Source: Lama glama | Lineage: Eukaryota | Assembly: GCA_028534125.1 (NCBI GenBank) | Contig: CM052817.1 | Location: 73,410,001 to 73,474,000, forward strand | DNA: 64,000 bases | Reading direction: 5' to 3' | In this document: positions 12,073 through 24,416 of the stretch, one piece after another | Position numbering within the stretch: the stretch's first letter is position 1 | How the letters are laid out: each line of letters opens with the position of its first letter | Notes under the pieces: generated by a model | Told to the model about the DNA's origin: nothing | Seen by the model: the letters and a program-made list of their open reading frames with translations, nothing else | Databases searched by the model: none | Made by a program: the position numbers and the translations under genes

Positions 12073-13539
12073 TAAAAAATTTATCAAATTTATTTTTTAT
12101 TATGGATATTATAGCAGAATATAAAAATTGAATGATAAAAATTTCTTCTAAGAGTACGGTTTAACTTCATCTTAAAAAAGGTTCATTTTTTTTTTAAACT
12201 ATACATACTCAGGTAGAAAAAGGCTCTTTGACTTAAACTTATGGCTTCAGAATTAAACAGAAATAAATCCTATGGCCATCTAAAAGTTTATATTGACAAA
12301 TTGCATGTATTTCCAAATTATAATGCAATATTTGTACACAGAATAACTATATATACACTTCACTTACATTGCTGATATATAATAGTTACCCAAACTGTCT
12401 TGAGAAATGAGGCTTAATATAGATTCAAACTAAGTAGATCACTTTCAATTACAACATTTCTTTCACAACTAAGAAGAGGTAATCCAAACATTTGCTGAAT
12501 GTAAAATAAAGTCCCATCCTTCATGGTGTGTTCTGGGAATTCCAGTATATTTTAGATGAGATGTTGACCATAAAGGGGTTCACTGCTGTGCTCACTTGTA
12601 AAGTTGGAGGAACTCTCGTTCAAAGGAAGGGATTGCCCTCCATCCATTGGCCTCAGTGCAGCTCAAATGGAGATCTGACTGAGTGAGTGAATGCAGCCTG
12701 GCCGTTTGGGAGGCCTGAGTGGAGGGGCGGGAACAGCACAGCTTTAATATAAGGGCCCACTCCTGGGAAAAGGACCATCAGGACTTGGTGCTTGGTCCCC
12801 TGGCTGGTTTGTAAAAGCCCCTTGTGATGTGCTGATTCTCATGACCTCTTCCAGGAACTTGAGCACTGTTAGCATCTCTGCCATCGCTTCTCATGTAGAC
12901 TGCAGGGATCTCTCTGTCTTCAGTTCTTGGAGGAGAAAATTGATTTCCTTCCTCGAACTCAGGTTGACTGTCATCAACTTTCTGTAAATGTCAGCGAGAC
13001 TGGGTATATTTGCTGGCCCCTTCTCTAGCCTGGCATTCTTTAAAGTTGTCTCCATCTTGGCATACTCCTTTTTAGCCACACAGATCTTGTCAATGAGGTG
13101 GCATTTCTCCTCAATCTGTGCAGCCAGTGTTTTTGCCAGTTCTTTTCATGTCTTCCATTAAGTTGACTTCAACAGACTGAATAAGTCTGAAAGAAAGTAA
13201 GACACCCACCAATAAGCTGAGGACAGGCAGACTCAACACTGTCTCCCAGTGGAGGCTCTGGAACATGAACTGAGAACACAGGCCATTGGGCAGCAGCAAA
13301 ACCAGGACCGTACTCAGATTCCTAAAGATCAGCCCAAAGCCAAGCTCCACAGAGGACAGCAGCCCCTCCATGGCACTGATCCACTACAGGGCTCTGCCCA
13401 GTTACCGTGGATCCACCAGCCACAACAAGCCCCAGGGAACACCCCAACATTCTACCTAGAACCCAACCAGCAGCTGACATACTGGATTGGTCAGTTATCT
13501 GGTCATTGTCGGTGGGGAGGAGGGGAGGTTGTCAGAGGA
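12073..13539 (-). pseudogene. Processed pseudogene of a short, diverged cTAGE/MIA2 (TANGO1-like) family mRNA
   Basis: Intronless. ATG at 13371. Reconstructed translation MEGLLSSVELGFGLIF...LPNG...WETV[TM]RLIQSV/SQLNGRHEK/ELAKTLAAQIEEKCHLIDKICVAKKEYAKMETTLKNARLEK...KEINFLLQELKTERS aligns colinearly with recalled cTAGE5 (MEEP...LPEG...WELV...RSVRSRLYVGREKKLA...IEEKSKLLEK...KEY...ESSLKDASFEK...EILCLEKELKEEKS). Frameshifts at ~13140-13172, premature TGA at 12891-12893, terminal TAA at 12744-12746. AATAAA at 12096-12101 (minus strand). Perfect TSD tcttcagcatacttt at 12058-12072 and 13540-13554. Confidence 0.88.
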
Positions 13540-13819
13540 TCTTCAGCATACTTTCGTCCTTTGTCTTGAGCATGTAAAAGAAGTCATGAAGATCTATTGC
13601 ACCAACACACCACTACTACACAGTCTTTGAGAAGATTGGGTAGAAAAATAGTTCTATGTGTACAGATAGAAAACGGCTATCTACTGCTCTCAGTTGAAAA
13701 GAAAATTCCATTATTCATGACCCAGTACTGGGTTTTATTGACTCAGTTAGATCCCTTGTTTTAATCTTACCCCATTTGATTTGTGCCTTTTTATCATATT
13801 TTGAGGAAATATCATAAGC

Positions 13820-13990
13820 AGTAATAATAACAATAGCAACTGCCATAGGCTGGCACTTCCTATATGCTAGGCCCTTTCCACATTTCCTTTATTTATGGAC
13901 ATTTCAAAAATAGGAAGATGAAGTTGCACCAAAGTACACGACTTGTCAGCCAGGATTTCCAACCAGGTCTTCCCAAGTCTAAAGCTCTCT
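13820..13990 (-). mobile_element. MIR fragment
   Basis: taataataacaatagc...aagttgcaccaaagtacacgacttgtcagccaggatttccaaccaggtcttcccaagtctaaagc. Confidence 0.6.
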
Positions 13991-16099
13991 CTCTCTGTAA
14001 GTTAGAAACTTATGCTTATTGTTTCAACTATCAATTTCTGTTGAGTTGTGTACACAAACATAAAAGTTATGACAAAACAGTTTTTATCTACATACAACAC
14101 AGACTTGGTGATGGGGGGATGTTGACTTACAGATGAAGAGAGAATGCCTTTATTTTAGAGAAGATTTCATTATGTTAATAAATTGTGGTGTGATATGGTT
14201 AAAAGGTATGGAGAATGCTTGGAAGTAACACTTACTGCTTGTTAGTTCTACTGTAGGTATCTAGAAGATAGTCCTCATAGCAAGTTCCTAATGAAAATAT
14301 CATAATTTAATAAAAATTTGCGTTATAGGACCTTATTATTAGAAGGATACTTCTTTTAACTTTATCCAAAACATGGTAGACTTGAAAGCCCTGCAATGAT
14401 TAAGGACTTCCTGAAGGTAATCAGTGTAACTTAATTCATTAATAGAAATATTTCACAGAGCAATATTACTAGAAGTCTGAAAAAGCACATTGTCATATTT
14501 GTTATATTTTCCTCCTTTTATGTGTCAGTTCACGTCCCTGAAATTGAGTCGCCAGTTGCCCACATACCTTAGATTTCCGTAAGTTCCTTGAGAGAAAGGC
14601 CATGTTTTACCTGTGTGTTCTCAGAGCTGGTCGCAATGGCTGGTACAAGATGTTGCTTGTTCACAAAATTGCCACCCACCTGGAGGGCAGCTCTCTAAAA
14701 AATGTAAGCTTAGTGGTTGAAACTTCAAAGTAGGATTTCTTTGACTTTTTAGGAGAATATGTTATAGAAAAGCAGGAAAAAAATCTAAGTAATCCAAACT
14801 GAATTGCTTGTGTCTTGTGTTTTAGCAAAGCAATTTGACAAGTCCTTTCATGCTAGCCATTCAGAATACCTACCCATTGTTGCAGGTCTTGTTTGTGAAC
14901 TTAAAAGTGTACCTATAAATCTGCTATTCAAGTATTAATGAAAAAGATGTTCCAGGAAGTTTTACATGATTAGATCTTTTCTCATCTTGGTGTTGATACA
15001 TCAGTTCTACAATTTATACTTTTTTCTTACAGCTCAATGTCATTGGGTTTTATAATAAAAGAACCATTAAGCCATCCCTCATGAAGAATGAAGCTGAGTT
15101 ACAAAGATTCTGCGTGATTTTACAGTTACACAATTATTTTGTTTTGCCCGTAAAAGACTATTGTTCCTCCATGTTGTGTACTTAATGCTTACTAAAACTG
15201 TTGGTATGTATAAAAGCACATTCTTTCTAGTTGTAAAGTTCCTTGTAGAATAATACTGCAGAATTTCAAATGTCTCATCCTGATATTGTACGGTATTTAA
15301 TTTCAGAATAAACTAAATCTTATAAGAACATTTGGCCCAGATGTTACTAAAAATAATTGTTGCCCTAAAATTTCACAAAAGGAATAACATTCCATGATTT
15401 TCTACTTTTTATGTACTCTGGCTTCATTTTCCATTTGGGATTGAAAAAAAAATTTAGAAAAAATATTTTAAAAGGAGATGTGCTTTATAAACTCCCAGTA
15501 TGCTGCCTCAGTTAAATCTAAATTGTTGCTATTAAAGACAACTGTACACTTGTGTTTAGGCACTAATCTGTTTAAATTATTTAAAATTTAATTTGGAAAA
15601 AAGACAAATCCCCTTAACAACAGCTAGCCCAGTATATGTTACTTAATCAATACTTAGCTAGGTTGGAAGGACAGAAAATGATCCGTAGCAACTGGACTGT
15701 AATACAGATCTCATTTGGATGTGGGACAATTTTGAAAAGTGGTCTTGCTTTCAGTTTAACCACCAGAGAAATAAACAGAGGCTTTGCTCTACTGAAGAAA
15801 GACTTGGAACACAAATATAGAAAGATTTGAACCGGAATAAGCCAAACTTGTCATAGTAGGTAAAGGAGATGACAGTACGCTGAAGTGGCGATCTTTTAGA
15901 CCACAGTAGCTCTAAAACCCGAACACAGTATTGGATTAGACAGATGACTGGAGATTTCTGATTTTAGAGATAGCAGGGTAATTTTCCAATCTAAATCTGG
16001 TAGGATACCAAAGTTAGATTATTTTAAGCTGTGACTGGTAATCATAGTTAATTGTTTGTTTTAATGATACATGATACATCAGGTGTCTGTACATTGTTT

Positions 16100-17780
16100 T
16101 TTTCTTTTAATTTATGAATGATGTATGTTTTTGAATAGATAATATACCATCCTGAATCCAAAAGATGCACAAGGATAAACGCATCTTCCTTCTTCCCTGG
16201 TGCTTTAGTTCCCCTCCTCAGAGACAACTGCTGTTTTTATTTCCATGTGTACTTTCCAGTTATATTTCGTGACTCTCTCTCTCTCTCTCCACACACATAC
16301 ACACACACACCTCTATATATCTTGTTAAACCCAAATTGTAGCATAGTACATATACTATCCTGTGTCTTCTTTCACTTAATATGTCTTGAACATTGTTCCA
16401 TCTTACTACACAGGAAGTTGCCTTATTCCTTAAGCAAATGTTTCTTCATGAAAACTGTCAAACATACACAACATTAGAGTGTATAAAGAACCCCCCAGGT
16501 ATCTATTATCCAGCTTCAACATATATATTGATATTTTGACAGTCTTACTGTATGTTAGAAAATATTGAGACTATGATTAACTTTGATGTGATATTGGCCG
16601 AGTCGTTATGTGAAAAAAAGTCTCCTTATTAATTGATGCATGTTGATATATTTATGAGTGAAATGATATGTTGTCTGATGTTTGAGATTTACTTTAAAAT
16701 ATACAAGAAAAAACTACGTGTGAGAGGAGTAGCTTGAATCAAGATTGGCAAAATGTTGAAACTGGATGACTACAGATTCATTGTATTACTTCTCTGCTAT
16801 TGTGTATGTTGGATGATGTCCACAATACCTTTCCTTTGGTAATCTGGCTTCATCTATAGCTTCCCTTTTTTCTCTGGAGTATATTAAAATAAATCCAAAA
16901 TATTATGTAATTTCACCCATAAATACTTTAGTATGTACTCCCAAGACATAAAGACTTAACAGAAACCCATTATAGTGCCATCATCACATCTCAGAAAATG
17001 AAATTTTTAATGTAATCTAAAATTTAGTCAATTTTTCAATTTCCTTGATTTTTTTCAAAAATGTCATTTAAAAATTATTTTGTTTGAATCAGGAGCCAAA
17101 TTAAGTCCACATATGGCATCCATTAAAACTTTTAAGCTTCAATAATTTTCTTCCTTTAAAAAAAAAAGTCATTTATTTGTTCAAGAAACTAAGTTATTTA
17201 TCCTGTAGAAGACCCCACCTTCTGGATTTGACTGTTCCCTACAGGTATTGTTCAACTTGTTCCTCTGTGCCTTGTATTTGAGGCTTGATTGGATTCAGAT
17301 TGAATATTTTTGGCAAGAATCCTTCCTAGGTGGTGCTTGCTGTGTTCTTCATGCTGTGTCACGTTTGGGGGCTCCTATATCTCATGTTTCACTTTGAGTG
17401 ATTCTAAGATTGAGCAGAGGATTTGGGTGGTGTCAGCCTTATCTGCCCATTGTAAACTTTCCCGTCAACATGTTATCTAATGTTTTATCCAGTGATTATT
17501 ACTGCCTCGGTCCATTATTCCATTAAGGGTTGCAAAATGATTTTCTAGTTCTTCTACTCCTTTTCAAGATTTATTTTGCCTGGGATTGTCTACAAAGAAG
17601 TACCCCTTATCAACTTGTTGATTAGTCTAAGTACAGTTGGTTTATTCTTTCTAAAGACCATATAGCATTTTACTATCCCATAATTTAACTGGTGCTCTAT
17701 ATATGGGTACTTGAGTGTTTCTTTGACTATTTCTTGGATTAAATGTTTTTTCTTACCATATTTACTATTCATTATAGATA
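16100..17780. mobile_element. Patchwork of old L1M 3' fragments, mostly minus, with a plus-strand piece at ~16560-16830
   Basis: ttttcacttaatatgtcttgaacattgttccat, atatttatgagtgaaatgatatgttgtctg and ttttggcaagaatccttcctaggtggtg are L1ME/L1MC-type 3' UTR motifs. Confidence 0.6.
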
Positions 17781-17879
17781 CACAAGTATATGAATAAACT
17801 ACGGAATTTTAAGAGATTTATATTTTGATGGAAAAATAATTATTGGATTTTTTACCTTCCACACATTAGTTTGGTATAA

Positions 17880-18185
17880 ATATGAGAGTTAGTCACACAG
17901 ACCTGTATTTTAACCCTGGATCACTTATTAATCATATGACCTTGGGCAAATTATTTATCCTTTCTAAGTCTTATTTTTGTCATTCATATATTGGGAATAA
18001 TAATATCCAATTCCTGATTTTATTTAATCTTTAAAACAATCTTTTAAAGTGCTTGGTATAGTGCATACTATATAGCAAGTGCTCAGTAAGAGGAACTTTG
18101 TTAGTATTTCAGGTTTACATGAAATAGCACATGCGAAGTCCATTGCACAGCCCCAGGCAAATAGATGCTCAGTAAATATTGCTAC
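17880..18185 (+). mobile_element. MIR
   Basis: MIR core atgaccttgggcaaattatttatcctttctaagtc...gggaataataatat, and 3' end gtgctcagtaa. Confidence 0.7.
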
Positions 18186-18569
18186 TTTTCTCCCTTTCTT
18201 CACTTTCCTCCCTGTCTAAGCATTAATGATTATTTTTTTTCCTAGACCATTTTTAGGAATGAAAAAAATAGAAAACAAAAAACCTGAGCTGCCCAGAGCT
18301 TTTTGCTGAGAGAAGTCATCTTATCATTCTGTCTGCCCTTGTAGATACCCACCTGGAATTTCTGGGGGTCACAGCTTACTATTGCAGAGGCCTGGCTGCA
18401 TACTGAGAAATGGCTACTTTTCAGGTGTTCTCTGTTCCAAAAAAAGAATGCAAACAACACTGGGTGTTAACAGTGAGCTGTGGAAATAGAATGTTCTTCT
18501 CCTCTGCCTGGCCCTCTCTGCCCAGTAGAATCATGACAAATGAACATTCCCATCAAACATAACCTTATA

Positions 18570-18727
18570 GGGGGAGGGTGTGGCTCAAGTAGTAGAGCAC
18601 ATGCTCAGCATACACCAGGTCTGGGTTCAATCCCCAGTACCTCCTGTAAAAATAAATAAAGTAAACCTAATTACCCCCCCTTCCCCCCCAAAAAGCCCAA
18701 ACAAACAAAAAAATTCTTTAAAAAAAA
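18570..18727 (+). mobile_element. tRNA-Ala-derived SINE (vic-1-like)
   Basis: ggggagggtgtggctcaagtagtagagcacatgctcagcatacaccaggtctgggttcaatccccagtacctcc...aaacctaattacccccc plus A-rich tail. Confidence 0.92.
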
Positions 18728-18859
18728 TGGCATTTGCCTGAAAGCTGATATGCTAGCAACGCATGAGAATTATTTTCGCCTGCTTTCTTGGCATTTCTCT
18801 TTTCCATCAATCCCTCATGTAGTGAAATCTTTTTTTTTTTTCAGTGCATCTACCTAAAG

Positions 18860-18928
18860 TTTGTTTGTTTGTTTGTTTTAATTGAGTTATAGTCAGTTTA
18901 CAATGTGTCAGTTTCTGGTGTACAGCAG
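18860..18928 (-). mobile_element. Very short L1 3' tip
   Basis: (tttg)n tail followed by aattgagttatagtcagtttacaatgtgtcagtttctggtgtacagca. Confidence 0.75.
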
Positions 18929-20065
18929 TGAGGTCTTCATCTTGACTTTATTTCTCCACTTTCCTCTATCAAATCATGGCTGCTTTTCCTCTCTCCCCTA
19001 TGGACTTAGGTTTCTAGCATCTCCTCTTCTTACTTTTGCTATATTCTTTCAATTCTCAGAAGCACCATCTGTCCATGAAGGAGATGTTTTTGCATGACTC
19101 CTTTGTCCATGTGATTGGATAAAACTGGCATTTCTTAGCATTACCTCATTTCTTTTTCCTGTGTTCCTATAAAATAGCTGACAAGCACTGTTCATTCACT
19201 GGTCCCATGTTTTTAGATCTACAGAATGCAGAAAGGTTGAGTGATTTGAAAAGATATGCCGAAGATAATAACAGAGTCAGCACTGCAGACTCTAAAAGAA
19301 CAGTTGGCTCCCGGACACTTGGGATCAGGCTATTTTCAGTGAAATCTGCTGAAGGAGCACACACATATTTTACTAACAGCCTGGTAAACAAGAGGTGCTT
19401 TTGGTATTTCTAGTGATGTTCTATCTACTTGGAGAGAAAGATGAACATGTGCTGAGTCTTTAAAGAGTGGTAAATTAAATATTTTGACAAATTTGAATGA
19501 TTTTCATATTAAAGTGTGATTTTGGTTAAGATTAATTCCATTTGTTGTATTAACTGAAATTTGGACCATCATAATCTCTCATGAATGTCATCCCTACTTA
19601 ACTAAAAAAGTAAAGTATAAAGCAGAAGAAAAAGATCAGGAACACAGAGACTGCTTGTTTTTTCAGTCACCTTATGATTAATCCATGACGAGTAAGTTCA
19701 GATGTCAGCAACCAACTTTAAGCCATAATGACCCATGTCTGCTCTTAATCTTTGGTGTAGATATTTTTCTATTGAAGGATGAGTTGAAAATTATATGTAG
19801 CAGTTGAAATTTTCTCTTGCACAATCTCTGTACCTGGGACTCCTTCAGAGGAAAACCTGTTTAAAATGCTGACTTGTGATCTTTCTCTGCTAGTTTTGCA
19901 CTCCTCTGTATGTTGGGCAGTGGATTGTTCTCATCTATGAAGGACAAGTGTTATTCCTCCTGCTCTCACTCATTGATGCAATGATAGTTCATTAAGCAAC
20001 TACTATGTGCTAGATCTGGTGCTGGGTGCTGGCAGTGCAAAGATGAATGAGACATGGTCCTGTTC

Positions 20066-20198
20066 TGGGAACTATATTCAATAACTTGTTATGGCCTATA
20101 ATGAAAAGAAATATATATTTATATGTATCACTATACTGTACACCAAAATTAACACATTGTAAGTTGACTATACTTCAATAAACAAAACAAACAAAAAA
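20066..20198 (+). mobile_element. Short L1 3' end inserted in an L2 3' fragment (L2 ~19960-20065, minus)
   Basis: gggaactatattcaa...gactatacttcaataaac then A tail. TSD atggtcct(g/t)ttc at 20054-20065 and 20199-20210. Confidence 0.85.
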
Positions 20199-20774
20199 AT
20201 GGTCCTTTTCAAACAGCTGGCACTATGTTAAGTGTCTCTGCCTGGAACAGGCAGGGTTTCTCAGAGTGTGGTCCGTGCTCTCTCCTAGGGCCCTACCCCA
20301 GCTCCTGAGGCAGGGTCTTGAGATAGATCAGTGATCTGCATTGTCATCAGATGGTTCTTGTGCACTGGCCCAGAGCATGATAGGAGTCAGGTGGTTGAGG
20401 GGGAGAGTCACAGCCTGCATGCAATGCAGGGCATCCCTCAGAGAGAGCTTTCCACTCAGCATTAATATTTCTGGGAGGCTCCTCAGAGGGAAACACCTTG
20501 TCTGGCTTGAAGGAGCTTCCCCTGGAGGGGGCATGCTGAGTGCTGAGATAAAGACTTCTGGGTATGGTGTAAAGTCTGTCCTCCAGAGAGTCTTAGTCCC
20601 AGACTGAGGGGCAGATTCTGGGTTAGGCAGGGAGTGGTGGTGGTGGGGATTAGGGCCAAGGTCTTACATCCCTCGAGGGTCCATAATTTAGCCTCTGGAT
20701 TCTCCAAGGGGAGAATAGAGCTGACAGCTGAAATTTTGAGGATTCATTTACAGAGAGAATAATGCAGATATAAA

Positions 20775-21015
20775 ATCATAAGAGCTAGTACATATACAGT
20801 GTCTTGTTACTCCTAGGTTCTTAGAAGCACTTTACATATATTAATTCACTCAATCCTAACAACCTTATTAGGTGACTCTGTTAGTACCATCATCCTCGTT
20901 TTCACAGAGGAAGAAATGGAGAGGTTAAGTAATGCCCAAAGTCACCTAGCAGAGCTGGTATTCCAACACAGGTGGTGTGGTACAGAAGGTAAGCTCATCA
21001 CCACTGCAGTCAACT
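20775..21015 (-). mobile_element. MIR
   Basis: aagcactttacatatattaattcactcaatcctaacaacc...ttttcacagaggaagaaatggagaggttaagtaatgcccaaagtcac. Confidence 0.8.
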
Positions 21016-21346
21016 GCCTCTTAGAAGCATCATCATTTAAAATGGTAAAAGCAGAAGTACATAGACCATTCACACTGTTCTACTTAAGCACTGATTTCCC
21101 TCAGCTTTCCACCGAATTGTATCCTCCTCCGCCTTGGACCACAGAAAGAACACTTCTGGGAGCCCTGACAACTGCCCTCTTAAATGCCTTCAGAACTGGT
21201 TTCTTCTGTTTCAGAGAAGAGATTACATGCTTCTTTTTGCTATTACTTTATAATCTAGATGCATGTGAAAATCCCCATTACAGAAGATCTGGTCCTTCAC
21301 TTCGCTGCCTGAGTGAAGACTGGATGCACTGTTTTTAGAGATAACC

Positions 21347-21391
21347 CCCCAACATCCCAGTCCCCAACATCCCAGTCCCCAACATCCCAGT
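21347..21391. repeat. Perfect 15-bp minisatellite, 3 copies (ccccaacatcccagt)
   Basis: Read directly from the sequence. Confidence 0.95.
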
Positions 21392-22212
21392 CTTTAAGGA
21401 AGTGTGTGATACCAGAAAACCCCAGAAACCAACCTACCAAACAAAAAGCCCCCCAAAACTCACAGCACATATTTAGAAGGCTGAATAACCTTTCAGTTTC
21501 TTTTATTTGATTTTAATTTCAGATTGGGTATCTAAAAGCTTTCATATTGTGTATTCAGTAACTTGGATAATTATTAACAAGTTTAAAAAATGTTAACAAG
21601 GGAAAATACTTTCGAACTTTTGAACTGTGTCTCAGTTTCTGACATGAAAAGTTATTTGACTTGAGTTCTTTTTCAGAAGCCATTTAACATTTTTACATAT
21701 TGCACCAGTTGACAGAAACCTGGCTTACAGACTGATCTGAAGGTATCTTGAATCAGAAGGAACTTGATGACTGAGATCACTCTCTTTTTTTTCTGTAGAA
21801 TGAGGAGCAAGAGGCCTGACATTTCTTGGAAATTTTGCCCAGTAACCTGGCGCTATAGACATCTTCCTGGCTTCCTTGGTGGAAGAATTACACCTGCAAA
21901 ACATGATCTTATTGACCAAATCATTCTTAGGTACAGGTTTGCTGCATAAACAATTATTCTTGCACTCAACAATAGCCTTGCCTTAATGGGTCAGCTCTTG
22001 TAGCTGTAACTGTAACTGAGGGCATGGTTATTTCTGACTGTGAAAAGATGCATGAACCTCTGATAGACAGCACTGAATATCCAAAACCAAATTATTTTAT
22101 TAATTTAAAATAATTATTTTCTGTTAAAATAATATACTCCTCTTATAAAAAATTCATTAGAAGAAATGTTTGAAGTAAAAGGTGAGTGATCCTGGCCCCT
22201 CAAATTCTTTTC

Positions 22213-22383
22213 TTTTAAAAAATTATTTTTTAGTATGTTTTACTATTTATAGTATGGGGAGGTAATTAAGTTTATTTATTTTTTTTTAATTTAATTATTA
22301 TTTGATGGAGGTACTGGAGATTGAACCCAGGACCTTGTGCATGCTAAGCACATACTCTACCACTGAGCTAAATCCTGCTCTCC
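22213..22383 (-). mobile_element. tRNA-Ala-derived SINE (vic-1-like)
   Basis: ggaggtactggagattgaacccaggaccttgtgcatgctaagcacatactctaccactgagcta, plus ggggaggtaattaagtttatttatt. Approximate TSD caaatt(c/a)ttttc. Confidence 0.9.
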
Positions 22384-22528
22384 ACTCCAAATTATTTTCA
22401 ATGTCCACAGATATCTGGTGCTTCTCTTAAAATAACATTTCCACTGAAGAAAACAATAGTTTAAACTTCTGAAAACTAGAGTTATTGATTCATAAGAATA
22501 AGTTTTAAATTTTTGACTATTAAGAGAT

Positions 22529-22999
22529 TGTATTAATTTCCTACTGCTGCTGTCATAAATTTCCACAAATTTAGTGGCTTAAAACAACACAACTGTATTA
22601 CCTTACAGTCTGGCGATCACAAGTCCCAAGTGGGTTTCGCTGGGTTGAAACCAAGGTGTTGGCAGGGCTGGGATTCCTCTGAAGGCTCTAGGGGAGAATT
22701 TGTTTCCTTGCGTTTTCCACATTCTAGACGTTGCCTGCATTTCTTGGCTCCTACTCCATCCACCATCACCCCGACCTCTGGTTCTGTCATCACGTTGCCT
22801 TCTCCCTTGTTGACCCTCTTGCCTCCTTTTTATAAGGATCCCTGTGGTTCTATTGGGCCCATCTGGATAATCGCCTGTCTCAGAATCCTTAGTTTCATCA
22901 CACCTGCAAAGTCCCTTTTGCCATCCGTGGTGACTTTCACTGGTTCCAGGGATTAAGATGTGGACGTCTCTGGGGAGGGAGCATTACTTAGCTACCATA
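22529..22999 (-). mobile_element. MLT1C/D-like solo LTR
   Basis: tgtattaatttcctactgctgctgtcataaatttccacaaatttagtggcttaaaacaacac...ccagggattaagatgtggac...ctaccata. 5-bp TSD gagat/gagag. Confidence 0.9.
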
Positions 23000-24074
23000 G
23001 AGAGATATAACTCTGATTTACTAAGGAATTTTGTGTGGGAGAAATTCATATTAAATTATCACTTCTCCCTCAACTATCCTTTCTGTTTTCATCCAAATAC
23101 CAGAAGCTCCATTAAGGTCTCGCATTTGGTTTATCTAAGAACACCTGATAGTAGTGTGAAACGGGCCCCAGAGCAAAGTTTACCAGAGTTACCAAACTCA
23201 TGGGAGCTCTAGTGGCCCATGAAATGTTAAAGGTGTTCTGTGTTAAAAAGTATTCTGAGTCAATAGGATTGAAAATCATTGCATGCTTCTTCCTGCCCAC
23301 CTTCCTCTTTAATACACATTAGCATATAGGAAAGGTACTGAGAATTCTTACTATTGCCTGTGATTCTGAATGTATTTTACAATGAAATCTTTTTTTTACT
23401 ATTTTTTTAAAAGCATGCTTATTAATGATTTTCTCAAGGATACCAATGTATCATGTTCAGGAAATGTCCTTAATGTGGTCTTTCATTCTAAAACTTAACT
23501 ATACTGCCCTGAAAAAATAAATAAAATTAAAAGGGTATATTGGAGCTAACCCTTATATCTCCTAAGTGACATCTTTGCTATTTAATTCTGTCTCTGCTAC
23601 CTATGTGGAACTTAGTTTCTTTAGACTTTAAAGCAACCAACTTTCATAATTTAAATTCAAAACCTGATATTAGGAATAACTTATGTTTCTGTTAATAAAT
23701 ATTTAGAGTAATATTACATGCATATAAACATTTTGTGACTATGACAGCACAAACAAGATAGTTTTGAAAACTGAGATAATGTTTTGATGTTTTTCAAGGT
23801 GTATAAAATAATTTTCTATTGTGAATACTATCCCTGAAACATTGGACGGGGATCCATTAATTTCTTAAAAATTATATTCATCTTTTTCCTATTTTGAGAA
23901 GACAGTTCCTCTAAAGTGGTCCAGAATGGTACTTGATAACTTATGCTCACCCAAAATCTCCCAACAACGGTGTGAGGACAGCTTTAGCTTCCTCTACTGG
24001 GTTCAGGGAAAGATGCCAACCTGAGCGTAGGTTGGCAGTGCAGTCTTCGTCAGATAAGACTTTCATTACACTTT

Positions 24075-24375
24075 TTTTTTTACCTTTAACATTTTTTTAT
24101 TGATTTATAATCATTTTACAATGTTGTGTCAAATTCCAGTGTAGAGCACAATTTTTCAGTTATACATGAACATATATATATTCATTGTCATATTTTTTTC
24201 TCTGTGAGCTACCACAAGATTTTGTGTATATTTCCCTGTGCTATACAGTATAATCTTGTTTATCTATTCTACAATTTTGAAATCCCGTGTATCCCTTCCT
24301 ACCCCTCACCCCCTTGGCAACCACAAGTTTGTATTCTATGTCTGTGAGTCTGTTTCTGTTTTGTATTTATGCTTG

Positions 24376-24416
<41 letters not shown>

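Noticed and set aside
13249..13569. 106-aa Q/P-rich + strand ORF
   Set aside because: Antisense shadow of the cTAGE-like retrocopy, running across its TSD.
20916..21338. 140-aa + strand ORF
   Set aside because: Begins inside a MIR, with no recognisable domain or splice context.
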